64,000 nucleotides of DNA, taken from positions 32,001-96,000 of the forward strand of contig JBFJCP010000007.1 of assembly GCA_041615815.1 (NCBI GenBank). The letters are read 5' to 3'. Numbering within the stretch: the stretch's first letter is position 1; each line of letters opens with the position of its first letter. Both the position numbers and the translations under genes were made by a program. Source of the stretch: Gemmatimonadales bacterium. Lineage in GTDB: Bacteria > Gemmatimonadota > Gemmatimonadetes > Gemmatimonadales > GWC2-71-9. Below are positions 18,744 through 28,413 of the stretch, one piece after another. The notes under the pieces are model-generated. The model was not told the origin of the DNA. It saw only the letters and a list, made by a program, of their open reading frames with translations, and searched no databases.

Positions 18744-19906
18744 GGGCGTAGAACTCCATGTCGCTCGAGGATGGAACGCGTTTCGTTGAGCGGGAGGGCC
18801 TCCACCGTTCCACGGTGCCCACGAACAGTCGTGGCGAAGAAGAGCGAGTTGTAGATCGCTTCTTCGGTGGCCTCGATGACCGCCTGAAAGAGTGGACTCA
18901 TGTCTTCATTGGCCAGGGTGCCCGCAAGGCGTTGCACCGGCACGGAGCTGAAGGCGATCACGTAATCGCCGGATCCGTTGGTCATGGCACTGCCCGTCCG
19001 GGCGAGCCCGGCGAGTGCACGACGGGCGAGCCGCGTCAGATTCCGATGTGCCAACGGGGCGTCCGTTGCAACGACAATCATGATGGAGCCATCGCCATCG
19101 TCCGGGGACGGCGAATTCCCGAACTCTGGTCCCCGCCCCAGTCGCAGCTGATCCCGCAAGAAGTACCGGCCGAGCTCCTCACCCACGGGGGCCCCTCGGA
19201 TCGTCAACACTCCGCCGAAGTTGGTCTGGACGAGTACCCCCACACTCCATCCACCGAGGCGCTCCGGAAGCCGTCGACTGGAGGACCCGATGCCACCCTT
19301 CCACCCGAACGCGCGGGTGCCCCGTCCGGCACCCACGCTCCCCTGCTGCACCGGACCACTCTGTGCCGACCCAATGGCGGCAAGCACGTCGGCGGGCCCG
19401 ACCGGACGGGCCCGGATGTCGTTGAGGAATCCGTCGTTGGTTTCGCCGACCACGGGATTGGCGGAGCGCACGCCTTCGTTCCCTGGGTGCTCGAGGAGAT
19501 ACGTCAGCACCGCGTCGGCAGCCCGGGGGACGCAGAGGGTGCAGGTGAGCACAATCGGAGACTCCAACTCACCGAGCTCCTGCACCTGGGTAATCCCGGC
19601 GAGTTTGCCGAAACCGTTCCCGACCACGATCGCCGCAGGCACTTTCTCTTGAAAGACGTTACCACCGTGAGGGAGCACGACCGTGACACCCGTGTTGATC
19701 GAATCACCGCGGATGAGGGTGACCTGCCCCACCAGGATGCCGGCGACGTCGGTGATGGCGTTGAACGGTCCAGGGGAGAGGATCCCGACGGTCACCCCAA
19801 ACTCCCGCGCGCTCATGCGCTCCTGACTCATCCCCGAACGAGTCACCGCCAACATCGTGACGGCACAGACCGCCGTTCGGATCGACCAAGAGCCTCTCGC
19901 CCGCAT
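18740..19906 (-). CDS. dmpA: DmpA-type (S58/P1) aminopeptidase
   Basis: GPFNAITDVAG, NGFGK, GETNDG, GSIMIVVATDAP autoprocessing site, NGSGD. Confidence 0.88.
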   Translation of the reverse strand: MRARGSWSIRTAVCAVTMLAVTRSGMSQERMSAREFGVTVGILSPGPFNAITDVAGILVGQVTLIRGDSINTGVTVVLPHGGNVFQEKVPAAIVVGNGFGKLAGITQVQELGELESPIVLTCTLCVPRAADAVLTYLLEHPGNEGVRSANPVVGETNDGFLNDIRARPVGPADVLAAIGSAQSGPVQQGSVGAGRGTRAFGWKGGIGSSSRRLPERLGGWSVGVLVQTNFGGVLTIRGAPVGEELGRYFLRDQLRLGRGPEFGNSPSPDDGDGSIMIVVATDAPLAHRNLTRLARRALAGLARTGSAMTNGSGDYVIAFSSVPVQRLAGTLANEDMSPLFQAVIEATEEAIYNSLFFATTVRGHRGTVEALPLNETRSILERHGVLRP

Positions 19907-19945
19907 ATAGCGAAGGTCTCCAGTTCCCAGGATTGTGTCAACGCG

Positions 19946-20746
19946 TTAGCCAGGCGAATACGTGTCTCGTTTCCAGTGATACGGCAGCACGATCACGTTT
20001 CCCGATTCCTGAATGCCGTGCACCGCGGCAAGCGCATCGCGAAGAATGGTGCGCTGCTGCTCGCGATGTCCCGGCTCGCCGAACACCTGACCCAGGCGGA
20101 AACGGACCAGCACATTTCGCGGGGCCGGCAGGGCGTCCGTCATGGTTCGGACGACACTCATCGTAACCGTAGGAATGCCCATCGCTTCGATGACCCGAGC
20201 GACCAGTCCGACCGACTGGTGACACGTGGGTCACCCTGGGGTGGCCAGCACAAGATGAACGCCGTCGTCACGAAGGAGGCGCGCCATCGCGGGGGCGCTC
20301 TCGTCCACGAGGCGCCGTCGCTGGGCACCGAGCAGGTGTCCCACGAACCCAATATGTCGCGGCGCCGCCCTTCCCAATGCCCCTTCCGCCGCAAACTCAC
20401 GGACGCGCGCCAACGGAAAGACACAGTTCGGATCACGGTCCGCTGCCGCGTGGTCGTAATAGTCGTGGGTGATCATGAGTGCCGTCGGATCCACATCTCC
20501 CGGGATCACACGGAACGACGCATCGCCATCGGGATCGTCCATGGCGAACGGGGCCTGGGAGCGAAGGTGTACGCCGGCCGAAGTCACCAGCGCGACGCTC
20601 GCGTGGGCCAAGGTGACCCGGAGTGGGGCGAGCGGGGGAAGCGGCACGGCCGTGGGTTGCTCGCCTTTCAATCGGCCGTACCACTCGTTGATCCAATGAT
20701 ACCTGCTATACACCCTGGCTTTCAGACGATTCCACTTCCGTGCCAT
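19946..20746 (-). CDS. Glycine/sarcosine/betaine/D-proline reductase selenoprotein B family protein (Sec at codon 172)
   Basis: Track ORFs 20231..20902 and 19946..20182 share a frame; UGA read-through gives LATPG-U-PTCHQSVGLVARVIEAMGIPTV; N-half ALVTSAGVH...GDASFRVIP...YDH...DPNCVFP typical of the family; SD GAGGGA before ATG 20746. Confidence 0.9.
20191..20233 (-). promoter_or_regulatory. Bacterial SECIS element
   Basis: UGACCC-acguguc-ACCAGUC-ggucg-GACUGGU-cgcuc-GGGUCA: 7-bp apical stem with G-starting loop plus lower stem pairing the UGA. Confidence 0.85.
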
Positions 20747-20825
20747 GACATCCCTCGTGGGGCCGTTGCGAGCTACCGGGGGAGAAGGTAGCATGAGACA
20801 TCTTTGACAATCGAGGGCGGACTTG

Positions 20826-22163
20826 ATGTCCTGGGAGTTCTCACCGGTGTTCGATGCCGGCCACCGCGCCGCCTTGGAAAAGGGAAAGCCGCTGTTGTAC
20901 ATAGCGCCACCCGCGGCGTGGACGTTGCCGCCCTTGTGGACTCACTTCCCCACTCCCGCAACCCAGAACGCCTTCGATCTCGTTCTCGTCCCCGACGTTT
21001 CCGTAGGGCTGGACGTCGCGGACGTGGTCCGCACCATTGACGAACGCCTGACCGTACACGTGTGTAGTGGTGTGGCGCGCACCGCCCGACGGCTGGCCGC
21101 CCACTGTGTCGCCACCCTCGTCGTCACGGCGCCCGACGCGCTGCAGCTTCTCGGCCGGTCACAGCTCGCGCTCGAACGCCTCGGGCGTGTCATCGTACTC
21201 TGGCCCGAAATCACCCTGCAGCATGAACCCAGCGACGCGCTCGACGCGGCCCTCGGCGAGTGTCGGGAGGCCCCCAGGGTGATCGTGGTTGGGGACGACC
21301 GGGACTCGAGCGACAGCGGTCTGGGAGGCTTCCTCAAGCGACACGCGCACAAGATCCCCACCGTCGTGGCGGCTCGCCCACCCGAGGAACCGGCTGGCAC
21401 CCTCCGCTACGCGGCGATCGGCCGAGACCGCCTCGCGTGGGCGACGCGGGCAGCGCTGGATCTTTTGAATCCCGGATCCGCGTACGTGTGGGACCCCTCG
21501 CCGCTGTCCGGTTCTCGATGGGCCGAGTTCGGGAACGATCCAACGATTCGCATCGACCCCACCGCCCCCGCGGAGCGGGTAGACTTGGCCTTGGTTGCCG
21601 AACTTCCTACGGGGACCGTGCTTGCAACACTCCAGGCAGTGACAGGACAGATCGTGGTGCTGGTTCGCCCGTATCAGTTGCCGTATCTCGAACGGCTCGG
21701 CGCCAAGCTCGGAGCCATTCGTCTCGTCAACGAAGTGGACCGAGCGCGCGACCGGGCATTCGACATCCGCCGTGCGCTTCGGGGAGTCATCTCCGATGCC
21801 GCGAGCTCCGCGGAGCTGATCGCGTTGGCACCCCTGTTCGACGAGTACGACCCCGCGCTGGTCGCGGCGGCGGCGCTTCGCATGTCGGAACCACCCGAAC
21901 CCAAGGAAGAACCAGTCCGCGAGCCTCGGATGTGGGCACGGATCCGGTTGGATGTTGGCAGCGGCAATCGCATTCGGACCGCGGATGTCGTGGGGGCCCT
22001 GCTCAATGCCGTGGGGCTCGCGCGGCAGGAGGTGGGCCGGGTGGATGTGCGGGATCGGTTCACGCTCGTCGACATCCGCCCCGAGGCCGTAGATCGCGCG
22101 GTGCAGGGACTGAACGGATTGTTACTCAGGGGACAACGGGTCGGCGCACGGATGGAACGATGA
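20826..22163 (+). CDS. Degenerate DEAD-box-like protein with C-terminal DbpA RNA-binding domain
   Basis: C-term RIRLDVGSGNRIRTADVVGAL...VGRVDVRDRFTLVDI; helicase motifs replaced (APPAAWTL, VIVLWPE); start 20823/20826. Confidence 0.8.
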   Translation: MSWEFSPVFDAGHRAALEKGKPLLYIAPPAAWTLPPLWTHFPTPATQNAFDLVLVPDVSVGLDVADVVRTIDERLTVHVCSGVARTARRLAAHCVATLVVTAPDALQLLGRSQLALERLGRVIVLWPEITLQHEPSDALDAALGECREAPRVIVVGDDRDSSDSGLGGFLKRHAHKIPTVVAARPPEEPAGTLRYAAIGRDRLAWATRAALDLLNPGSAYVWDPSPLSGSRWAEFGNDPTIRIDPTAPAERVDLALVAELPTGTVLATLQAVTGQIVVLVRPYQLPYLERLGAKLGAIRLVNEVDRARDRAFDIRRALRGVISDAASSAELIALAPLFDEYDPALVAAAALRMSEPPEPKEEPVREPRMWARIRLDVGSGNRIRTADVVGALLNAVGLARQEVGRVDVRDRFTLVDIRPEAVDRAVQGLNGLLLRGQRVGARMER

Positions 22164-22333
22164 TGCCATCCCGTAACCGAAGCCCGGAATGGCCGCGTGT
22201 TGCCTTGGGAGCCAGGGCCTCAACGGCATCCGTGTGCACCCGTATCCCTGGGGATCCCGCACGCCGGGTCCACCGCCGTGGCGTTCGACGGCAACCGGTG
22301 TAACCGATGGTCTGGACCGCCACCGCAACACGC

Positions 22334-22362
22334 TTGCCCCGCCTTCTGTGACTCGCTAACGT
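22334..22362 (+). promoter_or_regulatory. sigma70-type promoter for tdk
   Basis: TTGCCC-17 nt-TAACGT. Confidence 0.5.
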
Positions 22363-22407
22363 CCAACCGCCCTCGCCGTACCCCACCCGCATGAGGCCAA
22401 CGAATTC

Positions 22408-23010
22408 ATGCTGCACAGCACGCGTCCCGGATGGATCGAGGTGGTTTGTGGCGTCATGTTCAGTGGGAAGAGCGAAGAGCTCATTCGCCGGGTCCGCCGG
22501 GCGGTGATCGCCAAGAAGAACGTGCAGGTGTTCAAGTCGCATCTCGACGATCGCCAGGGCGTCTACAGTGTCACGACACACGACGGCCTGCGCGTCGATG
22601 CCTACCCGGTGGACTCGTCGACGGAGATCATGCGCCTGGTCCAATCGGATACGGAGGTCGTCGCCGTCGATGAGGCGCAATTCTTGGACGAGGGGATCGT
22701 CGAGGTGTGCGCCGAACTGGCCCGGCGCGGCATTCGGGTCATTGCCGCTGGTACGGATACCGACTTTCGCGGGGAGCCGTTCGGCGCGATGCCGCACCTG
22801 ATGGCCGTTGCGGAAGTGGTGGACAAGCTCCACGCGATCTGCGTCCGCTGTGGCGATCCCGCCTGTCGCAATCAGCGCTTGATCGACGGGCAGCCTGCCA
22901 AGTACGACTCTCCGACGATCATGGTGGGTGGCAGCGAGGCATACGAGGCTCGGTGTCGCCATTGTCACGAGGTGCTCCCGGCCGACGCGGATCAAACGAA
23001 GCTCCTATGA
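22408..23010 (+). CDS. tdk: Thymidine kinase
   Basis: [27 protein letters not shown]...YEARCRHC. Confidence 0.96.
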   Translation: MLHSTRPGWIEVVCGVMFSGKSEELIRRVRRAVIAKKNVQVFKSHLDDRQGVYSVTTHDGLRVDAYPVDSSTEIMRLVQSDTEVVAVDEAQFLDEGIVEVCAELARRGIRVIAAGTDTDFRGEPFGAMPHLMAVAEVVDKLHAICVRCGDPACRNQRLIDGQPAKYDSPTIMVGGSEAYEARCRHCHEVLPADADQTKLL

Positions 23011-23060
23011 CCCGCTGCCCGACCACCTTCCCGCGGTGCGAGTAAGTTCCGTCCTTCGTC

Positions 23061-24200
23061 ATGCTGAACGTCGGGTTGACCGGAAACATTGCTGCGGGGA
23101 AATCGACCGTGGTCCAGTGGTTCGCCGAGTGGGGTGCAACGGTGGTGGACGCGGACCAGCTCGTCCGCGACGTGCAGCGGCCTGGCTCGCCGGTGCTCGC
23201 GGCCATCGCCGCGCGGTTCGGCGCCGACGTGCTCACGCCGGACGGCTCCCTCGACCGACCCGTGCTCCGCCAACGGGTGATGGGAGACGACGACGCGCTC
23301 GCGGTGCTCAACGGGATCGTCCACCCCGCGGTGCGGCGGGAGCGCACGAAGATCGCCGACGCGGCGTTGGCGCGCGGCGACTGCGTCTTGGTCAATGACA
23401 TCCCGCTCCTCTTCGAGGTGTTGGATCCCAAGAGTTTCGATCTCGTGGTCTTGGTGGACGCGAGTCGCGAGACCCGGCGGCACCGCCTCACCGCGCTGCG
23501 GGGTCTCGCTCCCGCCGACGCGGACCGGCTCATGGCGTCTCAGCTTCCGTCCGAGCACAAGCGTATGCGGAGCGATATCGTGCTCGACAACGACGGCAGT
23601 CTCGAAGACCTGCGCAGCGAGACATGGCGTGCCTGGGAGACCATTCGTGCGCAGGCGGCCCGACGCGCGCTCGGGGCGCCCGGGCGTCTCCTGGCCGTCG
23701 TGTCGACCGCGGGTGAGGAGGCCTGGCAGATGGGTGGCACCCTGGCTCGATACGCCGACGCGGGGGTGGACGTGGCGATGGCCTACCGCGCCGGCGCGCT
23801 CGATGCCTTCCAGGCCTCGGCCGCCGCGCTGGGCGTCGCATCGCTGGGCAGCATTGGGCCCGAACCCATGACGGCGCTGCCCGGCATCCTCCAGCAGTTC
23901 GCCCCGACGGTGATCCTCACCACTCCAGACCTTTCGACCGCCGCCTCGGCCGCCGGGCAGGGGAAGGACTTGTTGCGTTTATGCACGGTCGTGACCCCGG
24001 CACCGCCGGGAGCCCCGCCCGGGGCCGTGATCGACGTACGTCCCTGGCAGGACCGAAAACGACTGGCCGCGAAGGGGTATGACATGAACGGGGCCGCGGC
24101 GACAGCGACTTGGCTCCACGTGGAGCGGGAAGCGTACCACGCGGACCCTCCCCACGGTCGTCGGCTCACCGACCTGTTCCAGGGTCTCCAGCCCAGTTGA
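23061..24200 (+). CDS. coaE: Dephospho-CoA kinase fused to a degenerate PIG-L/LmbE-like domain
   Basis: GLTGNIAAGKS, DAD, IVHP, DIPLLFE, DNDGS; extra ~180 aa starting RLLAVVSTAGEEAWQMGGTLARYADAG. Confidence 0.88.
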   Translation: MLNVGLTGNIAAGKSTVVQWFAEWGATVVDADQLVRDVQRPGSPVLAAIAARFGADVLTPDGSLDRPVLRQRVMGDDDALAVLNGIVHPAVRRERTKIADAALARGDCVLVNDIPLLFEVLDPKSFDLVVLVDASRETRRHRLTALRGLAPADADRLMASQLPSEHKRMRSDIVLDNDGSLEDLRSETWRAWETIRAQAARRALGAPGRLLAVVSTAGEEAWQMGGTLARYADAGVDVAMAYRAGALDAFQASAAALGVASLGSIGPEPMTALPGILQQFAPTVILTTPDLSTAASAAGQGKDLLRLCTVVTPAPPGAPPGAVIDVRPWQDRKRLAAKGYDMNGAAATATWLHVEREAYHADPPHGRRLTDLFQGLQPS

Positions 24201-24225
24201 CAGCCCTTGGGTCGGCGGGTAACCT
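24197..24225 (+). promoter_or_regulatory. sigma70-type promoter for gcvH
   Basis: TTGACA(24197-24202)-17 nt-TAACCT(24220-24225). Confidence 0.7.
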
Positions 24226-24265
24226 ACCCGCGATCCGTGAACCACCACCGACGCAAACACTTTCT

Positions 24266-24655
24266 ATGTCCGATATTCCCGATAGCCTGCATTACACCGA
24301 AGAACACGAATACGTGAAGCAAGCGGACGAGAATGGCGTCGTCATCGTGGGCATCACGGATTACGCACAGGGCGAGCTCGGGGATGTCGTGTACGTCGAG
24401 CTTCCGGACGTGGGCGCGAAGTTCAGCCCGATGGATGTGTTTGGAACCATCGAAGCTGTCAAAGCAGTCTCGGAGTTGTTTTGTCCGTTGACCGGAGAGG
24501 TCGTGGAGATCAACGAGGCGTTGGAGAAGGATCCCGCGATCGTGAATCGGGATCCCTACGGGGACGGATGGATGATCAAGTTGAGGTTGCGTAATCCGCA
24601 AGAGCTGGAGCGCCTCCTCACGTCGACGGACTACGCCCAACACATCGGCGAGTAG
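24266..24655 (+). CDS. gcvH: Glycine cleavage system H protein
   Basis: YTEEHEYV, GITDYAQGELGD, EAVKAVS lipoyl lysine, DPYGDGW. Confidence 0.96.
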   Translation: MSDIPDSLHYTEEHEYVKQADENGVVIVGITDYAQGELGDVVYVELPDVGAKFSPMDVFGTIEAVKAVSELFCPLTGEVVEINEALEKDPAIVNRDPYGDGWMIKLRLRNPQELERLLTSTDYAQHIGE

Positions 24656-24737
24656 CGGGTTACGGGTCCCGCTCACGATTCCGTAGACACGATGCGCCTC
24701 GGGGGGTCCCGGGGCGTTTGCACGCATAGGACCGACC

Positions 24738-27629
24738 ATGCCACATAACTCGGAAACTGCCGGAGGGTTCGTGTCGCGGCACGTGGGGCCGCGTGCCGAG
24801 GACGTGGAGGCGATGTTGGCGACCCTGGGATACGCGTCCTTGGACACGTTGGCCGACGCCGTGGTCCCCTTGGACATTCGGATGGATCGGCCCCTCGAGT
24901 TGCCTGCGGCGCGCAGCGAGCACGAGGTGCTTCGAGCGCTCCGGACGATCGCGAACGACAACGAGCTGTACCGTTCGTACATCGGGATGGGTTATGCTGA
25001 CTGCATTGTGCCGCCCGTGATTCAGCGCAACATCCTGGAGAACCCGGGCTGGTATACGGCGTACACGCCCTACCAGGCGGAGATCGCCCAGGGACGGTTG
25101 GAAGCGTTGCTCAACTTCGAGACGATGATCGTGGATCTGACCGGACTCGAAATCGCCAACGCATCCTTGCTCGACGAGGCCACCGCCGCGGCGGAGGCGA
25201 TGGCTTTGACACTCGCCGCTGCCAAGACGAAACGCGACCCCATCTACCTGGTGGATGTCGGGTGCCACCCGCAGACCATCGCGGTCGTCGAAACACGGGC
25301 GGAGGCCCGCGGGGTCACGATCGAGGTGGGCGACCCTTCCGACTTTGCGGCTCGGGACGGGGTCATCGGGGCGCTTGTCCAGTATCCATCCACCGAGGGG
25401 CGAATCGAGGATTTTCGTTCGTTGTGTGATCGTCTGCATTCGGGTGGCGCGCTCGTGTCAGCCGCGTGTGACCTGTTGAGTCTCGCGCTGCTCCGGCCAC
25501 CGGGGGCATGGGGAGCCGACGTGGCCGTTGGCAACAGTCAGCGATTCGGTGTTCCGCTGGGATATGGAGGACCCCACGCGGCATTCTTCGCGACACGGGA
25601 ACGCTTCAAACGCCAGATCCCCGGCCGGATCATCGGTGTGACCAAAGACGTGGCGGGACGGCCCGCCTTGCGAATGGCACTCCAGACGCGCGAGCAGCAC
25701 ATCCGGCGCGAGCGAGCCACGAGCAACATCTGTACGGCGCAGGTGCTGCTCGCCGTCATGGCCGGCATGTACGCCGTGTACCACGGACCCGCCGGCATTC
25801 ATCGGATCGCCGGGCACGTGCACGCGATGACTCGTGCACTCGCAGCCGCGCTCCGACGTCTCGGCTATCAGCTGGCCCACGAAACGTTCTTCGACACCCT
25901 CACGATCGAGGTCGATCCCGCGGCAGCCAAGCAGATCCACGCTGCCGCACGGCAGCGGCGGATCAATCTCCGGACAATCGCTCCAGACCGGATTGGCGTG
26001 ACGCTGGACGAACCCACCTGCCTCGACGACGTGGCGGACCTGGTCGCCGCCTTCGCCCTCGACGACCACGTGACGTTCGTACCCACGGATCTGTTGGATG
26101 ACGCGCCGTCAGGCATTCCCACCGGCCTCGCTCGATCCACGCCATACCTCCAACATCCCGTGTTCAACCGGTACCACTCGGAAACCGAGATGTTGCGCTA
26201 CATGAAGAAGCTCGAGGATCGAGACCTCGCGTTGAACTCGGCCATGATTCCGTTGGGCTCCTGCACGATGAAGCTCAACGCCACCACCGAAATGATTCCC
26301 GTGAGCTGGCCGGAATTCAACGCGCTGCATCCGTTTGCGCCGACGGACCAGGCCCGCGGTTACGGTCGGATGTTCCGGGAATTGGAAGCACACTTGGCTG
26401 AGATCACGGGCTTCGCCGCTGTGTCGTTGCAGCCCAACGCCGGGGCGCAAGGAGAGTACACGGGCCTGCTGGTGATTCGGGCGCATCACATCGACTCGGG
26501 CGAGGGTCACCGCAACGTGTGCTTGATTCCGCAGTCCGCTCACGGCACCAATCCCGCCAGCGCCATCATGGCCGGGTTCGAAGTCGTCGCGGTCAGGACC
26601 GATGACCGTGGCAATGTGGATGTCGACGATCTCCGAACGAAAGCGGAACACCATCGGAAGCGCCTCGCCGCCTTGATGGTCACGTATCCGTCCACCCATG
26701 GAGTCTTCGAGACCGCCATCCGGGAGATTTGTGCGATCGTCCACGCCGCCGGGGGACTGGTATACATGGACGGTGCCAACATGAACGCGCTCGTGGGACT
26801 CAGCCGCCCCGCCGATTTCGGCGCCGATGTGTGCCACCTCAATCTCCACAAGACGTTCTGCATTCCGCACGGCGGTGGCGGACCGGGAATGGGACCGATC
26901 GGCGTCGTCGAACGCTTGGCGCCGTACCTGCCGGACCATCCGGTCGTCCCGCTGGGAATCGCGAAGCCCTGCGGCACCGTATCGGCGGCACCGTGGGGCA
27001 GCCCATCGATTCTCCCGATCTCCTGGGCGTATCTGGCTCTCATGGGACCGGATGGCCTGACCCAAGCCACCAAGGTGGCGATCCTCAGCGCGAACTACAT
27101 CGCCAAGCGCCTTGCCGGGCACTACGACCTCCTCTACGCCGGTGATCGTGGACTGATTGCGCACGAGTGCATCATCGAGACCCGTCCGTTCAAGGCTTCC
27201 GCCGGCATCGAGGTCGAGGACATTGCCAAGCGCCTCATGGACTACGGCTTTCATGCACCGACGATCTCGTTCCCCGTCCCGGGGACCATGATGGTCGAGC
27301 CCACCGAGAGCGAGTCCAAGGAAGAGTTGGATCGTTTTTGTGACGCGATGATCGCCATTCGCGAAGAGATACGAGAGATCGAGGAGGGACGCGCAGATCG
27401 GGAGCACAACCTCCTCAAGTACGCGCCGCACACGGCGACCGACGTGGTCGCCGACGACTGGAACCGACCGTATGCGCGCGAGCGTGCCGCGTTTCCGTCG
27501 CCGCACACGCGCGAGCACAAGGTATGGCCGGCCGTGGGCCGTGTGGACGCGGCCTACGGTGACCGAAATCTGGTCTGCACGTGTCCCCCTATGGAGGAAT
27601 ACGCGCTCGCAACAGAGGGTATCTCCTGA
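24738..27629 (+). CDS. gcvP: Glycine dehydrogenase (decarboxylating), single-chain P protein
   Basis: [39 protein letters not shown]. Confidence 0.97.
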   Translation: MPHNSETAGGFVSRHVGPRAEDVEAMLATLGYASLDTLADAVVPLDIRMDRPLELPAARSEHEVLRALRTIANDNELYRSYIGMGYADCIVPPVIQRNILENPGWYTAYTPYQAEIAQGRLEALLNFETMIVDLTGLEIANASLLDEATAAAEAMALTLAAAKTKRDPIYLVDVGCHPQTIAVVETRAEARGVTIEVGDPSDFAARDGVIGALVQYPSTEGRIEDFRSLCDRLHSGGALVSAACDLLSLALLRPPGAWGADVAVGNSQRFGVPLGYGGPHAAFFATRERFKRQIPGRIIGVTKDVAGRPALRMALQTREQHIRRERATSNICTAQVLLAVMAGMYAVYHGPAGIHRIAGHVHAMTRALAAALRRLGYQLAHETFFDTLTIEVDPAAAKQIHAAARQRRINLRTIAPDRIGVTLDEPTCLDDVADLVAAFALDDHVTFVPTDLLDDAPSGIPTGLARSTPYLQHPVFNRYHSETEMLRYMKKLEDRDLALNSAMIPLGSCTMKLNATTEMIPVSWPEFNALHPFAPTDQARGYGRMFRELEAHLAEITGFAAVSLQPNAGAQGEYTGLLVIRAHHIDSGEGHRNVCLIPQSAHGTNPASAIMAGFEVVAVRTDDRGNVDVDDLRTKAEHHRKRLAALMVTYPSTHGVFETAIREICAIVHAAGGLVYMDGANMNALVGLSRPADFGADVCHLNLHKTFCIPHGGGGPGMGPIGVVERLAPYLPDHPVVPLGIAKPCGTVSAAPWGSPSILPISWAYLALMGPDGLTQATKVAILSANYIAKRLAGHYDLLYAGDRGLIAHECIIETRPFKASAGIEVEDIAKRLMDYGFHAPTISFPVPGTMMVEPTESESKEELDRFCDAMIAIREEIREIEEGRADREHNLLKYAPHTATDVVADDWNRPYARERAAFPSPHTREHKVWPAVGRVDAAYGDRNLVCTCPPMEEYALATEGIS

Positions 27630-28393
27630 CGGCCGGGGTGGGTTGGACCCTTCTACTCGAGACCGAAGGGCGTCGAGGATCCGAGAACATGGCGGTCGAT
27701 CACTCCCTCTTGCGGGCCGCGCAAGAGGGAGTGGCGTTTCTCCGGCTCTACCGTTGGTCTCCGGCCTGTCTCTCGTTTGGTCGTAACGAAACGGCCCGAA
27801 CGCGCTACGACGCCGCAGCCATCCGCCGCCTCGGGTTGGACACCGTCCGCCGCCCCACCGGCGGGCGGGCGGTGTGGCACGACTCGGAATTGACGTACGC
27901 CGTGGCCGCACCCTGCACCGTGTTTGGCACTCTCGCGGAGACGTACATTACCATTCACCGCATGTTGGCCGATGCGCTCCGGCGTCTCGGCGTCCCGGTG
28001 GCGCTGGCGCCGCGCCGGAGCCGCGCGCCGCGGCTGGCTGCCGGTGCGTGCTTCGCGACCGCGGTGGGTGGCGAACTCGTCGTCCGCAATGCAAAACTCG
28101 TTGGGAGCGCCCAGGTGCGGGAAGGAGCCGCATTCTTGCAGCACGGATCCGTCTTGTTGCAGAACGACCAAGATATCGTTACCGACGTCACCTGTGGCCC
28201 ACGGACGTCAGCGAAGGCCATCTCGCTGACGGAGGCCCTGGGCCAGAAGACCCCGATCCCGTTTGACCCGGTGGCGTGCGCCATTGCCGAGGCGGCCCGT
28301 CGTGCATGGGCGGGCTGTTGGACCGAGGGCGTCCCACCGATCGTGACAGACGTCTGGCGGTACGGGGACGACGCGTGGACATGGCGCGCCTAA
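27626..28393 (+). CDS. Lipoate-protein ligase A family / LipM-like octanoyltransferase
   Basis: [37 protein letters not shown]; start uncertain (CTG 27626 or GTG 27638). Confidence 0.85.
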   Translation: MTAGVGWTLLLETEGRRGSENMAVDHSLLRAAQEGVAFLRLYRWSPACLSFGRNETARTRYDAAAIRRLGLDTVRRPTGGRAVWHDSELTYAVAAPCTVFGTLAETYITIHRMLADALRRLGVPVALAPRRSRAPRLAAGACFATAVGGELVVRNAKLVGSAQVREGAAFLQHGSVLLQNDQDIVTDVTCGPRTSAKAISLTEALGQKTPIPFDPVACAIAEAARRAWAGCWTEGVPPIVTDVWRYGDDAWTWRA

Positions 28394-28413
28394 CCCCCCA
28401 CGATGGGGAACCC

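Noticed and set aside
18758..20791. 677-aa plus-strand ORF
   Set aside because: Antisense shadow of dmpA and the selenoprotein gene; no motifs; expected in high-GC DNA.
19946..20902. Reading the grdB-like locus as a pseudogene or as two genes
   Set aside because: The only interruption is a TGA at the UxxC position, followed by a SECIS-like hairpin.
22164..22407. ncRNA in the 245-bp gap before tdk
   Set aside because: No convincing long-range pairing or known motif; only a promoter candidate.
24200..24737. Glycine riboswitch before gcvH/gcvP
   Set aside because: Leaders are short and lack the aptamer's conserved motifs.
26109..27911. 600-aa minus-strand ORF
   Set aside because: Antisense to gcvP.
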